Position numbers and translations under genes: made by a program. Of a DNA stretch of 64,000 nt, positions 37,871 to 49,555 are shown one piece after another. How positions within the stretch are numbered: position 1 is the first letter of the stretch; the number at the start of each line of letters is the position of its first letter. Under the pieces are notes generated by a model. The model did not search any database and was not told the DNA's origin. It saw only the letters and a program-made list of their open reading frames with translations. This DNA comes from Basidiobolus meristosporus CBS 931.73 (lineage: Eukaryota; Fungi; Basidiobolomycota): NCBI GenBank assembly GCA_002104905.1, contig MCFE01000146.1, positions 90,558 to 154,557 of the forward strand, given 5' to 3'.

Positions 37871-39964
37871 ACCCTTAAGAATGCTAGTATCTAGGCTTCA
37901 TACTTTGCCTCCGAATAACATATATTGCCCGTGGTGAATATGCTAAAATGTAGATCCTAATCCACATTTTCGAGACGTTGTAAGCTTAATCCAAGTTGGA
38001 TTCCAGCTGATTTTTAAGTGACGTTCTTGCCAGATTCATGTTTGTGTCATATACATTATTCCACGCTGGCAAAAAAATGTCGCAGACATCGAAGTTGAGC
38101 TTACATAGCAACCATCATCTTGCGCGCTGTGGAGTTCCGCCGGTGGCACTGCCATTGGGTTTTCTATTCCACCGAGTACCACCCCCCAATCCCAGATGAA
38201 GGAACACAGCATCCATTGCTTCACCGGCTGAGGCCGACCTTTGTACAGGTTTCCTAGCCCTTCTGGGACATTGCTAGGTTAGGTAAATTGATAAGTAAGC
38301 CTCAATAGGCTCCCAACGTCGCTACAAAGCAACCTTATCCAGCTCGATTCACTCCAACCAGTCGCTAGGAAGGCGGTGAAAATGGCGGGCTGATGTAAAT
38401 AAGGGGGGGCTCAGGCTGCAGTTGCCACGTTTGACATCTAACGAGGTAGTTGCGATTCCTTCCGTTGTCATACCTGATGAATGATCAATGATTACTGATG
38501 CTTGGCTCGCCGTGGCGGTGGTAGTGGGGGGGGTAAGGTGGATGAAGTGGCGCTCCCTTGGACGATATGGTGGGATTGGTCTACCTTGGTGTCACCACAG
38601 ATTGTTGGTAAATGCCAGAGCTATACAGCTAAGAGACTTTCTTTGGAAAACCTTGGATCCAATGGATGCTTATTCTCTATTCAGGCTACCCCTCGTGTAC
38701 ACTGTGGTACACCTGACTAAGAGTGACAATAAACGTATGCTTCACGTGAATCCATGTGAATTCATTGGTAGGCTGAATCTCACCTACCTAGCGTGTCTCT
38801 ATGGTTTCGTGTCACACGAGTGAGGTCACTCATCGATCTCCTGATGTGATTAGCTATGCTAAATAAGCTACTAATTGAAACCTTGGTTTGGGGTGCGCAT
38901 CGTCTCACGACAGGCACCGCCCAAGGTCAGACAATCACATATTCAAGGTGAGGGAATTCCTGCCAAATGACACCAGGACGAGTCTACGCGGCTCGCAGTG
39001 ACACTGCTTCGCAGAAAACTTGGGAGAGATGCCCGTCTCAACTGTTGTTCAGTGGCCGAAAGATAGCCTTTCGGTTGAGTAGGACATCGGGGAGAGCGTG
39101 ATCATTCCGGATGGATTTTAGCCTCGCACTACAGATCAGCGAGTGGCTCCCATCAGGGAAGAATCAACACCATTGAGCCACTCCGAGGATACGCATCTAC
39201 AAGCAGTGGCAAGGAGGTTGCACCATCGCATCAGCGGACCTGTTCCATTGGTTTGCAGACATCAAGGATTTGATCGCTGAGCCACTGACCCTTCTTCACC
39301 GCTTGTACGATGACTCTGCACAAGAGAATTCGCTCGAACTCTTGTGGCTAACCTAAACGGCAGCCAAATGATGGCTGACCGATAGCTGCAATGTGCTCGT
39401 GTTCGACCTGTTGGTGGGCTTGATCAAGCTAAACCAATACTCTGGTGATCGGAACCGCCGAGGCGCTTCTACAGAGAGGACCGCGAACTCTCCTCCTCAC
39501 TTCTGTAATTTGCCTGCGCCGTCCGTGGTGAATCCTGCTCATTCAAACTGGTTGGGTTTACGCAGCCGTAAGTGCTGGTCATTGCTGATTGCCAGGGTGG
39601 ATTTGCGGAGATCGAAATCCCGATAGCACCCATGACATCAGGCGGTTTCAATCTGTTAACTGATCTACTGTGGAACTCAAGCCACACACACCACATCACA
39701 AACCATGGATTGTGTGGTGAATAGCTCCTACCACTTGCTGGTCACCAAGGCCCAAGTTCGAATCAACATCCACATCATCCAATCGACAGGCGGTGCTCTC
39801 TTGGGATCTCATTTTATTGAGCTACGAATTAGGGGTTGAGGCTTGGGTCTACTTCATACTTCTAATAAACACGCCATTGAGCGAGCATGTTAAATGAGGA
39901 TATGGGTCAAACAGCGAAGTCCATTCCTGACGGCCCACTAGAGCCGCCATGGATCGAGGATATG

Positions 39965-39971
39965 TATAAAA
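39965..39971 (+). promoter_or_regulatory. Candidate TATA box of the trypsin gene
   Basis: TATAAAA about 50 bp upstream of the ATG at 40019. Confidence 0.35.
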
Positions 39972-40018
39972 GCGGCGACTCCAGTCGAATGCACAAGATC
40001 TACAAAAAAGCCACCGGC

Positions 40019-41032
40019 ATGATGAAATCTCCTATTCAGTGGTTGATATTACTCGGTATATCGAGTTGCTTGAGCAGTGGAACCATCCTGAATTACTCAT
40101 TCGTCATCGGTGGTAAGGAAGTCAAAAGAATCGAGGAATATCCATTTATGTGTCATCTATTCATTCAAAACAATCCAGCATGTGGGGGAAGTATCATCCA
40201 CGAGTACTGGATACTCACAGCTGGACATTGCCTATTTCGACAAGATCGAGCGGCCTCTGCCACCTATTCCCCAGAGGACATAGTAGTAGTGATAGGAAAT
40301 AGGGCAAACTCGATCCAGCTTCCGTTGAAAGTTCGTTACTTCGTTGTTCACCCGGAGTTTGACAATGTTCGCCTGAAGGTAAGCGCTCAGCAACACCTGC
40401 CCCACGCATTGCAGAGCTAATCATTTCTCCCTGTACTTGCACTTCGTGTGAATGGCTTATCCCATTAGAATGACATTGCGTTGGTCAGAGTGGCGTCGAA
40501 AATGCAGTTCAATCGGCAGACAAATTCGATCAAGATCAGTCAGGACCAGGTAGATGCCGACGAGGAGCTCGCTGCGCTGGGTTGGGGCGAGACGGAGAGG
40601 GATATAGGGAGCAAATACCTCAAGAAGACGAGTATATTGACATCGGGCCGGGCCGAAAAGTGTCGCAGCCATTTGGAAGACTATGTGGACAACAATGGTT
40701 TGCAGATTTGTGCAGAGACGGCGGTTGGTGATACCTGCAATGGTGATTCGGGTGGGCCTCTACTGAGCACAGGATATCCGATAGAGTTGGTTGGTATTAC
40801 TAGTTATGCGGCAAGTTGGAACGGTAGCACCCATCAGTTTTGTGGCGGCCAAGAAATGCTCGGGATCTACACTCACGTCTATCCTTACTTGGAATTTATA
40901 TCGGCACATACAGGAATAGCAGGTGCGGAGTTCTTACGAAGTTCTCCTTCGGCAAGTTCGTCTATCAGATCCGATCCATTTGCTGATTGGAGATGGCTAG
41001 TAATTGGATGTTTACTTTGGATGCAGATCTGA
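40019..41032 (+). CDS. Secreted trypsin-like serine protease (S1A), 2 exons (40019-40378, 40469-41032), hydrophobic C-terminus
   Basis: Signal peptide MMKSPIQWLILLGISSCLS; mature start VIGG; catalytic triad TAGHC / NDIAL / GDSGGP; S1 Asp in DTCNGDS. The 90-bp intron GTAAGC...GCTAAT...TAG restores RLK|NDIAL. Confidence 0.95.
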
Positions 41033-41223
41033 TAAGCTGATCATGGCTCAGCCGTGTATAGATAATATCGAATGTTCGCGAGGGTTGATTGGATTCGTTC
41101 TAAATAAATAAGTGATAAAAGGCATCTTGTTAGTTATAAGCAACGACCCGTGGTACGTCAGGAGCCAATGCGCTAGGTTAATGCTTCGGGATTGCTTCAT
41201 CTCTACCTACGCTCAGGCAGTAG

Positions 41224-42006
41224 TCACTCTATGTCTGCACCTCCCATAGGATCATCAATCCTCTTGGTGACTCTCTCAGTCAGAAAACCCGAGCCAACTT
41301 CAATGCCTCGTCTGGCCCAGCTCCTGGTTACTTTTCCATCCATGATTTCTGTGAACTCCAGCCAATCGGCTTTGGTAACGCAGAGCTCGTAGTTTAGTAA
41401 GCCCAGCAACTCACGCTCCATCTGGTTGATTTCGTGTAGGGAGTACAGCCCTTCGACAACCTTGTACCATGTCTTGTTGTGGTAAGCCCCGTCTTGAAGA
41501 TATTTATTGGCCAGAACCAACGACGCCAAAAACAAGCGATGGCCTGATCCATAACTACCCTTGCACGATGGTCTAAGCTCTTTCAACCGTATCAGGAAGA
41601 GTAGCGCAGTAAGCAGATTGACCAGGGTGAGATTCCCTCGTCGATGCAGCCTGCTAATAAAATCATCCAATCTGGGTAGGTTTTTGCCAGGATCCTGTGC
41701 TGCTATGGTGGAGTTGTCTCCACACTCGAATAAGTGGTTGATAGTCCTACTCATGATGTTCACCAGATGTAGTTTTAATTGCAGCTCCAAGTCTCTAGCG
41801 AAAGCATCTGACGTTGGGCCTCCGTTCTGGATCGATCTTTCAGGCACAGCGGATTGGACTTTCTCTTTCTGCTTCCTTGCTGCATTGTCCTCTTGGTTCC
41901 AATCCCTATTCTCTCTCCCTACTGCGGCCTCCTTGAGGCTACCGTTTCGAAAATACTTTCCTAGAGCAGTATGCGCTGTAGAAGCTGCATTATTGGACTC
42001 AATCAT
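41224..42006 (-). CDS. Pho85-type (Pcl/Pho80 family) cyclin
   Basis: Cyclin box LPRLDDFISRL...LLTALLFLIRLK...HRLFLASLVLANKYLQD...NKTW...EINQMERELLGLLNYEL. First ATG at 42006. Confidence 0.9.
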   Translation of the reverse strand: MIESNNAASTAHTALGKYFRNGSLKEAAVGRENRDWNQEDNAARKQKEKVQSAVPERSIQNGGPTSDAFARDLELQLKLHLVNIMSRTINHLFECGDNSTIAAQDPGKNLPRLDDFISRLHRRGNLTLVNLLTALLFLIRLKELRPSCKGSYGSGHRLFLASLVLANKYLQDGAYHNKTWYKVVEGLYSLHEINQMERELLGLLNYELCVTKADWLEFTEIMDGKVTRSWARRGIEVGSGFLTERVTKRIDDPMGGADIE

Positions 42007-43607
42007 GACTTGCAATTCTGTTGGCTACAGTGGAGCTTAAAGAGGTAATGGAGTTCCACGTATTATGGGTGTGCAATGTTTGCTTTAGAGTAGTTGAGTA
42101 GCTAACGCGTTTGGCGGAGTGAGCAGTGCTTCAAATAACGGAGACAATTGTAAGCTTGCGTACTTTGATGGAAAGTTATTTCACTGTAAATTCATGAATT
42201 GGCTGAGGGAAGCGATGGGGCGGGGAGCGCAAGGGAGGGCCGACTTGAGGAGACAAATACACCAGAAAAGATGGCTCACCAGCCATGGCCACGATCGTCG
42301 TATCATTTTATAGAGCCAGCAAATCCAATCCCACTAATGCTTGTCCCATTGTTCTACGGCCCACACAGGTACATTGGAAAGTGAATAATGAAAGCAAATA
42401 CGATCTTTAGTTTTTAATTTCGAAACATGTTACATAGAGGTCAAAGCAAAGCGATCTATTATGAAGTGGAGATCGAATTATTCCCACACAACAGTCCCAT
42501 GGCTGAGGAAGCAATACTACAATCCTTTCCGGCACGATTTCCAACTGTCATTCAAGAATCTCATAATGGATTACGCATAATGAGGATTTTCGTTTCTGCA
42601 CGCTAATCCGCCTGGGATTGGATATCGATTGTAACGGAACTAAGCAATGATCTCGGCTTTCCATTGCATATGGAAAATGAACCACCGATTGAGTTGTATT
42701 CTTTTCTACGAGCGTCATGTGGAAGAGTGGCGTCACATTGATTTACTTACAAAATAGAGTTGGGCAAAATGAGGTGGTACTAACTCAAACATCAGAGATG
42801 CATGAAGTTTTGTTGATCTGAATAGGTCTATTCTCCCAGCCCATTCGTCTCGGAGAGCAATCCACCAGCCTCGATTGAAGATTTGAAGCTAGCACGTTCA
42901 ACAGGTGCAAGTGCTGAGTACCCTTCAACAGCTTCCGTGATGCCTGATCCGATCACCTGACATGATCCCGTCATCCCCAGGATCAATCAAGTGCGCCCTT
43001 GACACCACGGCACTTGAAATCCATTGAAACAACGTTTCGGAAGTGCAACCACTACGTCGCTTATCCGAACATGTTTCCAAGGGCACAGTTTCAGGATAAT
43101 TAGCGAATGCTCTAATCGACTGACTGCCCGCAGAGTCCAAATGAGTGATTAAAAATTCTACGAATTGAGTTAATGTCGCACGTACTCGATGCATCAGATA
43201 GTTCCTCACTGTCTCATGCACAATGGCTCTATATGATTACCACCTCTGCTACATCTGATTGTATCATAGGTTCTAGAAACAAGTCGTGCGATGCTGACCA
43301 GAGTTCTATGGAATCTTCAAAGCCAGTGGAAAAATTAGAGATGCCCAGTGGTCAACCATTCAGACGCATTGTTCTTGAAATGGCTGATATGACGCCCTAC
43401 TTAATCATCACAACAACAGGAAGGGCTAAACCAACTTTGAAAACATTGATTTATTCAAGCCAAGAATGAAGAATCCTTGCATGCGTTTGCAGCCCAAGCA
43501 CATCACATAAATACATTAGGTTGTTCCTTAAATATGATCAAGGAGATCAGCATTATGATATTTTCTACTGAGCATTCCGTTTTTGGAAGTCCAGAGTAAT
43601 TGCTTGT

Positions 43608-44126
43608 TTAAACGACAACAGGAACATCAAGCTTTGGAGTATTCTTGATTTCATTCTTCACTTTAACAGAATCAGGTTTTGCGTTCTCCCCAACTGGTTT
43701 GACGGCAGCATTTACCACAGAGCCTTGCTCCTCCGGAACGATTAGGGGGGTGTTTTGAGTTGTGTCTCCTTTCACTTGGACCGGTATTTGCATTGGAGAG
43801 ACAGCTGAGCCGGCGGCATCAGCATTAAGAGCCAGAAGACGCTGGATTGTTCCCAAGTACTCTTTCTTCAATGCAATTTCCTCAGGCGATATCCCAGTAG
43901 GGACCTCAGCTTTGCCAAGGGGAACTGAATTGGGACAAACACCACTGAATAAGCACACCTGGGGAAGAGTGGGTCCCAACTCAGGAGTAAAGGTGAGCGC
44001 AGGAGCAAGCTTTATACCAAGTACATCCCTAAGGGTCCCAAAAATAGGCAGACCATGGGCCGTCATACCACATTGGAATCCAATCAAGCCCAATAAAATT
44101 CTGGTGGTAACGTTCTTGCAGATCAT
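43608..44126 (-). CDS. Small putatively secreted protein of unknown function (172 aa)
   Basis: Open frame with signal-like MICKNVTTRILLGLIGFQCGMTAHG; Pro/Val-rich; TATATA about 100 bp upstream on the minus strand. Confidence 0.65.
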   Translation of the reverse strand: MICKNVTTRILLGLIGFQCGMTAHGLPIFGTLRDVLGIKLAPALTFTPELGPTLPQVCLFSGVCPNSVPLGKAEVPTGISPEEIALKKEYLGTIQRLLALNADAAGSAVSPMQIPVQVKGDTTQNTPLIVPEEQGSVVNAAVKPVGENAKPDSVKVKNEIKNTPKLDVPVVV

Positions 44127-45573
44127 TCTTGATGAAGCTGTTGCAGAATTTATCAGGCTTGTCAAGCGGCTTGGAGAACGCAAAATCCCAATGCTGCTGT
44201 TTGGGTAGATATTTGGGCCACGTATATATAGACACTCCTCCGACAGTTGACTGCCCCGTTGCAGCAAATCCCCGAGATGCTCTAAACTTCCATCTCTTTC
44301 GCACATGTGAAACCGAGTGTCCGAGTATCATCCATGTTTAGGGTGATGCATCGCTACATCAAACCCACCTCGCGTCGAATCGCTTCCATGTCTCGACCAT
44401 ACTTCCCAGCTGGGGTATGGCTGTTGCGGCCTATTCTCGCAGCTACACATGGAATCCAAACTCACCTCGGTAATCACGAGGAACCCCACTTCGTATCCAA
44501 TTGAATGCTCATCATTATGGCCAATCAGCAGCTGCTCTCTGGAGGGATCACGCAAAATACTATGCAAATACTAAACAGGATTCAGTTGATCGACATTTAC
44601 TATCCTGTCACGAACCTTGAGGGGATGAAATTACCCACGGAGATATCTGCTTAGTGTTCACTATCGATGTGAGCCAATTATTGCCAAAAGGCTTACACAC
44701 TTGGTACACAAAGGTACATTGGACCCTTAGGACGCTACCGGCGAGCTTCGAGCTCCCGTTCCAAGATGCGAAGCTGTGTCGACGAACAGGCTCAAGTGCC
44801 TCTGTAGGACCCGGCCAAACTTCGTGCTTCGCGTACAAGCGCCAGTGCTTCTGCTCGTTAGCCCCAGCCTTTCCAATGATACCTGCATAGAGTGGCCTTT
44901 CTAGTCGGTCATAAGCCATTACAAAGCAGTAACATGGATATTCATGTGATAATCAAATCGGAGTCACAGGGCTCTATATGATTCAGTAAGGCTCAGTTCA
45001 ATTGGGAATTTACATTCATGCCAGGCGACTCTCTTGGCGAGCATACTGGAGGCCGTGAGGGGTGTCGATCCCATTCTACAGAGTTCCACTCTCGACCGGT
45101 TTGAGGCGTTTGGGACAGCATTTTGTTCACTTGGACATGCATCCTAAGCTGGGGAGGCGGGCTCGTCTCCAAAATCTCTGGCAGCGGCCCAAGTGACCCA
45201 AACCCCTCTTGCTTCCAGGTGAAATCAACATTCATGACAATACTCGCTGTGTGATGTCAAGTGGACTATTATGGAAAACGTGTAACATCTCCCGTACCAC
45301 GTAGTTGTCTCAAGCAAATTGTTCATACAACAGCCTATAGGACTGGAGTTTGTCTTAATCAGATAGTCATTCAAATCAGGCTACTTGGATGCGATTCGTC
45401 CTAATAAGATCGAATTTTCCCAGCTACTAAATACTCCTTTTGGTGTACGAATATGCTCCCCTTGGGCAGATGCATCCCTATAAATGGAATCGCATCCGCT
45501 AGCTGCTCTTCATCCAATATCACAACCCCACTCTCCAATCACTCTTTGCATTACTCTCCCTCAAACCAGCAAC

Positions 45574-47196
45574 ATGATCCACACCTCTCTGTTACCACCT
45601 GTAGATATACCTGCTGTGGATATCTTCACTTACATGTTCGAGCTTCCTGCAGTTCGCTCTCCGGAGTCAACCGTCATTGTCAACGGCCAAACTGGCAAAA
45701 CGTACTCGTTTGCAGATGTCAAGAACAACGCCTTGGCTTTCGCAGCGGGAATCACCCGTAAATACGACTTCAAAACTGGAGACGTGCTAGGTATATTCGC
45801 GCCCAATGCTGCTGAATATTCAACGATCTGCTTCGGAGCCTTGGCTGCAGGCGGTACAGTTACCACGGCGAACCCATCCTACACCCCTGAGGAGTTTTCC
45901 CACCAATTAAAGCAAACCCTGCCAAAAATCATTGTCACCATATCGGAGTTGATCCCTGTGGTAAAGAAAGCCATGGAGTTGAGCAACCTGAAATGTGTCC
46001 TCATTACGCTGGAGCCCTCCGAAGACAAAGCCGTCCCCTCGTTGGTCGATGTTATGTCGGATGCCACCGGGTTCAAACGAGTTGTGGTGGAGCCTAGCAA
46101 ACTAGGCACCACCGTGGCCTACATCTGTTACTCCTCTGGCACATCTGGCAACCCCAAGGGTGTGATGCTTTCTCACCGCAACATCGTTTCGAACGTCCAG
46201 CAGCAAAAGGACATAGCATTTGGAAAAGAGGAGGAAGTAATCATCGGCGTTCTGCCATTCTACCACATTTACGGGCTGAGCTGCATCATGCACACCCCTT
46301 TGAAGCGACAGGACAAAGTCGTTGTCTTGCCCAAATTTGACTTCATCGAATTCTTAACCTTGATTCAGAAGTACAAGATCACCACCGCCATGATCGTGCC
46401 TCCCATCGCTCTCGCATTGGCCAAACATCCCATCGTAAAAAAATTCGATGTTTCCTCTTTGCGCACCTTCACCTCCGGCGCCGCTCCGTTAGACAAGAAC
46501 CTCAGCATGGCCCTTTCTGCTGCCATTAATAATGCTGAGATCAGACAAGGATTCGGCATGACCGAGACTGCGCCCGTAGCAACCCTTAATATTCCACCTA
46601 ACATCAAGCATGGTTCGATCGGAATGTTGGTTCCCAACCAGGAAGCCAAGATCGTAGATCCCAATGGCAAAGAGCTTGGAATCAACGAAGAAGGCGAGTT
46701 GTGGGTACGTGGCCCAAATATCATGATGGGGTATCTTCACAACCCCGAAGCCACCAAAGAAACCATTGATAGCGACGGCTTTTTACACACCGGAGATATT
46801 GCCAAGGTGGACGAGAGTGGAGTGTTCTTCATCACCGATAGAATCAAGGAGCTGATCAAATACAAAGGATTCCAGGTGGCGCCTGCCGAGCTGGAGGCAC
46901 TATTGATTTCACATCCTGCCGTTCTCGATGCTGGAGTCATCCCAAGAAATGACCCACAGCGCGCCACTGAAGTACCCAAAGCGTTTGTTGTGTTGAGTCC
47001 TGGAGTCGAGCGGTCCGAGAAGTTGGAGAAGGAGTTGATTGCCTTTGTTGATTCCAAAGTAGCAAGTCACAAGAAGCTCAGAGGAGGAATAGAATTCATC
47101 GATGAGATTCCTAAAAGCGCCGCCGGTAAAATCCAAAGACGACAAATGAAGGAATGGCAGCGTCAAAAGGATGAGAAAATCAAGGCCAAGCTATAA
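45574..47196 (+). CDS. 4-coumarate-CoA ligase-like / luciferase-like AMP-dependent acyl-CoA ligase, peroxisomal
   Basis: YSSGTSGNPKG, QGFGMTE, GFLHTGD, DRIKELIKYKGFQVAPAELE, PKSAAGKI; C-terminal PTS1 AKL; intronless. Start placed at MIHTSLLP. Confidence 0.95.
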   Translation: MIHTSLLPPVDIPAVDIFTYMFELPAVRSPESTVIVNGQTGKTYSFADVKNNALAFAAGITRKYDFKTGDVLGIFAPNAAEYSTICFGALAAGGTVTTANPSYTPEEFSHQLKQTLPKIIVTISELIPVVKKAMELSNLKCVLITLEPSEDKAVPSLVDVMSDATGFKRVVVEPSKLGTTVAYICYSSGTSGNPKGVMLSHRNIVSNVQQQKDIAFGKEEEVIIGVLPFYHIYGLSCIMHTPLKRQDKVVVLPKFDFIEFLTLIQKYKITTAMIVPPIALALAKHPIVKKFDVSSLRTFTSGAAPLDKNLSMALSAAINNAEIRQGFGMTETAPVATLNIPPNIKHGSIGMLVPNQEAKIVDPNGKELGINEEGELWVRGPNIMMGYLHNPEATKETIDSDGFLHTGDIAKVDESGVFFITDRIKELIKYKGFQVAPAELEALLISHPAVLDAGVIPRNDPQRATEVPKAFVVLSPGVERSEKLEKELIAFVDSKVASHKKLRGGIEFIDEIPKSAAGKIQRRQMKEWQRQKDEKIKAKL

Positions 47197-48222
47197 GTAA
47201 CCATGTATAGACTGTTACTGCCAAAAAGTTACAATACTCGATGTAGGTGCTAAATAATAATGTACTATTAAGCATCTATTGCCATGATAATAAAGTTGAG
47301 TATGAGAAACTGAACGTTACGCATGGGCTGTTGAGATTGAAGTATCAGAGGGCCATTATAAATTACGTCTAAAGAGAGGTTACTTGCTGGCTTACAACTT
47401 CCGCAGACTGGACGAGTTCCAAATGGGCGAGTTTGGAACAGTGGCTGTGTGCCCCTGATGGTTCCGGGGACCTTGGCCACAAAGCTGCTACTAGTATTCT
47501 GATCTGTTCGTACGTATTTTCTTCAGTGTTCATAAAACCATATGATACCAAGGATCGAACAAGTCTTCAAATCCTAGCGTACGGAAGTTATTCACTATTT
47601 GTGTGCCCGGTTATTTTCTCCTAATTGGACATATTGCATGAGGAGCAGAGCTTAATGTGGTAGCATTGGACTGGTGTCTCAGGCTCCTCTCTATCTAAAT
47701 ATTGATTAGTTGCACAATTAGGACACTAGCATCAGATACTTGGCCTTGTCTGAATAGACCTAAAAAATTCGTGAATTTTTCGTATTTAATACCTCAACTA
47801 GAACTTTTTCTGCTTAATGCATTGCGTTGTTGCCATTTATAATTATTGATGCCTCCAGTGATTCTTTCACAAACTGTGATCAATGTTTAGCAACAATTTT
47901 GCATTCTAGATCATGTTGTCAATGAGTCCAACCTCACAAGTCTGAAGTACCTTTTGACATTAAGTTCGTTGATACAGCCTGGATTAGGAGTTTGGAATTC
48001 GACTAGGCCACTGTGTCAGCTGGATTGATGCCTGGAATTTACAATTGAGTGCAGACAGATCATTCAATCCCTCTAGTGAATCACAGTATGCATTTGCTAT
48101 CCCAAAACCATCGCAAGCCAACGATCGACTTCAGAGAGCTGCGGCAATTGTTGAGCATGTGAGCTTAAAGTTGGAGCATGAATAACCCCTGGTGGAGATT
48201 TCAAGAAGGTCCATGAGTCGTA

Positions 48223-48445
48223 TGTAGTAAAACACCTTCAAGAATCAGCAATCAGATTGGAGAATATTATCACCAAAATGTGAGGCACTCAATATAAAAG
48301 TTTGGTAAATTGTCCAAAAGACCAGAACTTGGCACATGCTCTTGCCACTCTTTAAACGCTGTTTTACCAAGATCATGTAGGTAAACTCTATATGCTTGCC
48401 CAGTCGTGACTATGTACAGCATAAATACCATCCCAACTTACAACA
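48223..48445 (+). repeat. Old, internally deleted Copia-family LTR relic
   Basis: TG...CTTACAACA ends; aatatt.tcaccaaaat, tgtccaaa, gcacatgctcttg and ataaatacca match the LTR consensus in order. Confidence 0.5.
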
Positions 48446-49555
48446 GATCATTAACAATAATATAATGGCAAGACTTTTTCTAAGGAAGCTCTCCCCTTCC
48501 AAAGTTCTCGATGAACACCATCAGAATACCATACGATGATAAGCGCATATTCAAGCATAGTTCTATTATTATATTATTAGCCCAGCACACATACAATTCC
48601 ATGACAAAGCATGAAGCCCAGCAAATAAATTTCAGAAATGTTTTGAGCAAAATAAGATATATGGCTGTATTTGGAGCGGAGTACCATTGTATGACTATAG
48701 TGAGAGTGTGTGAATAAACTAAGCTACACTATAAAGTCTTTGCTCAACAACAGTTTCGTTACAGTATACTGCTATGAGCCAAAACACTCTCCATACATAT
48801 ATAAGATTATATCACGAACATTCCGTAACATTATGGGTATTATATAAATTATTGATACAAGCACAGTAAACCATTATCCTAGTGCCCAGTAGCTCATCAG
48901 CCAATAAGATCTTATCATCGGTCAGTATCCCAAGAAGCAACTTTGTCACGTTTTTTATAAGATCACTAAACTCACCCTTTGGAAATGCAAAACAATGAAA
49001 AGGAAACACTGACAAAACTGTCTATTAGCTCCAAATTTGACTCATATACCTTACATTTACTCAATAAATCAAGTGTGAGCAGTACCCATTACACTCGATA
49101 TTCTACTTTTTCGAAAGTAAGTGGGGTGGTATACCTCCAGGGGCCTATGGTAAAATAATTGGAATACCAGAAAAGAATTATAATTCCATGTGTGAAATAT
49201 CGGCCAAGGATCCATTGAATCCCCTTTCCCAACGCTTGCCTTCTAAGCTGTTGCATTCCAATGGTGCCTTATATCCTTGTTGATTCAACAGTTCGGGATT
49301 GCAACTGCCATTGTGTGTCACAGGCCTGATTGGAACCAAGAATAATGCTCTGACCTCAGTCTCTGGATTCCAGAGAATGCGAATGCGTTGTAGCGTATCC
49401 TTCGTCATTGCATGAGGATTGCATGTTCAATTTATTTATAAGCGGCACGCATAAACCATCAAGTTCCCATAAAATACCCGCCATGGTGGATACAAAACAA
49501 GATAGAACTAATGGCTTTGTAACACTAACGCATACAATAATAAAAACCAAGTGAA

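Noticed and set aside
45630-47166. Antisense ORFs over the ligase, and likewise over the zinc-finger, cyclin, secreted-protein and AAA genes
   Set aside because: They are shadow frames of real coding sequence with no motifs of their own.
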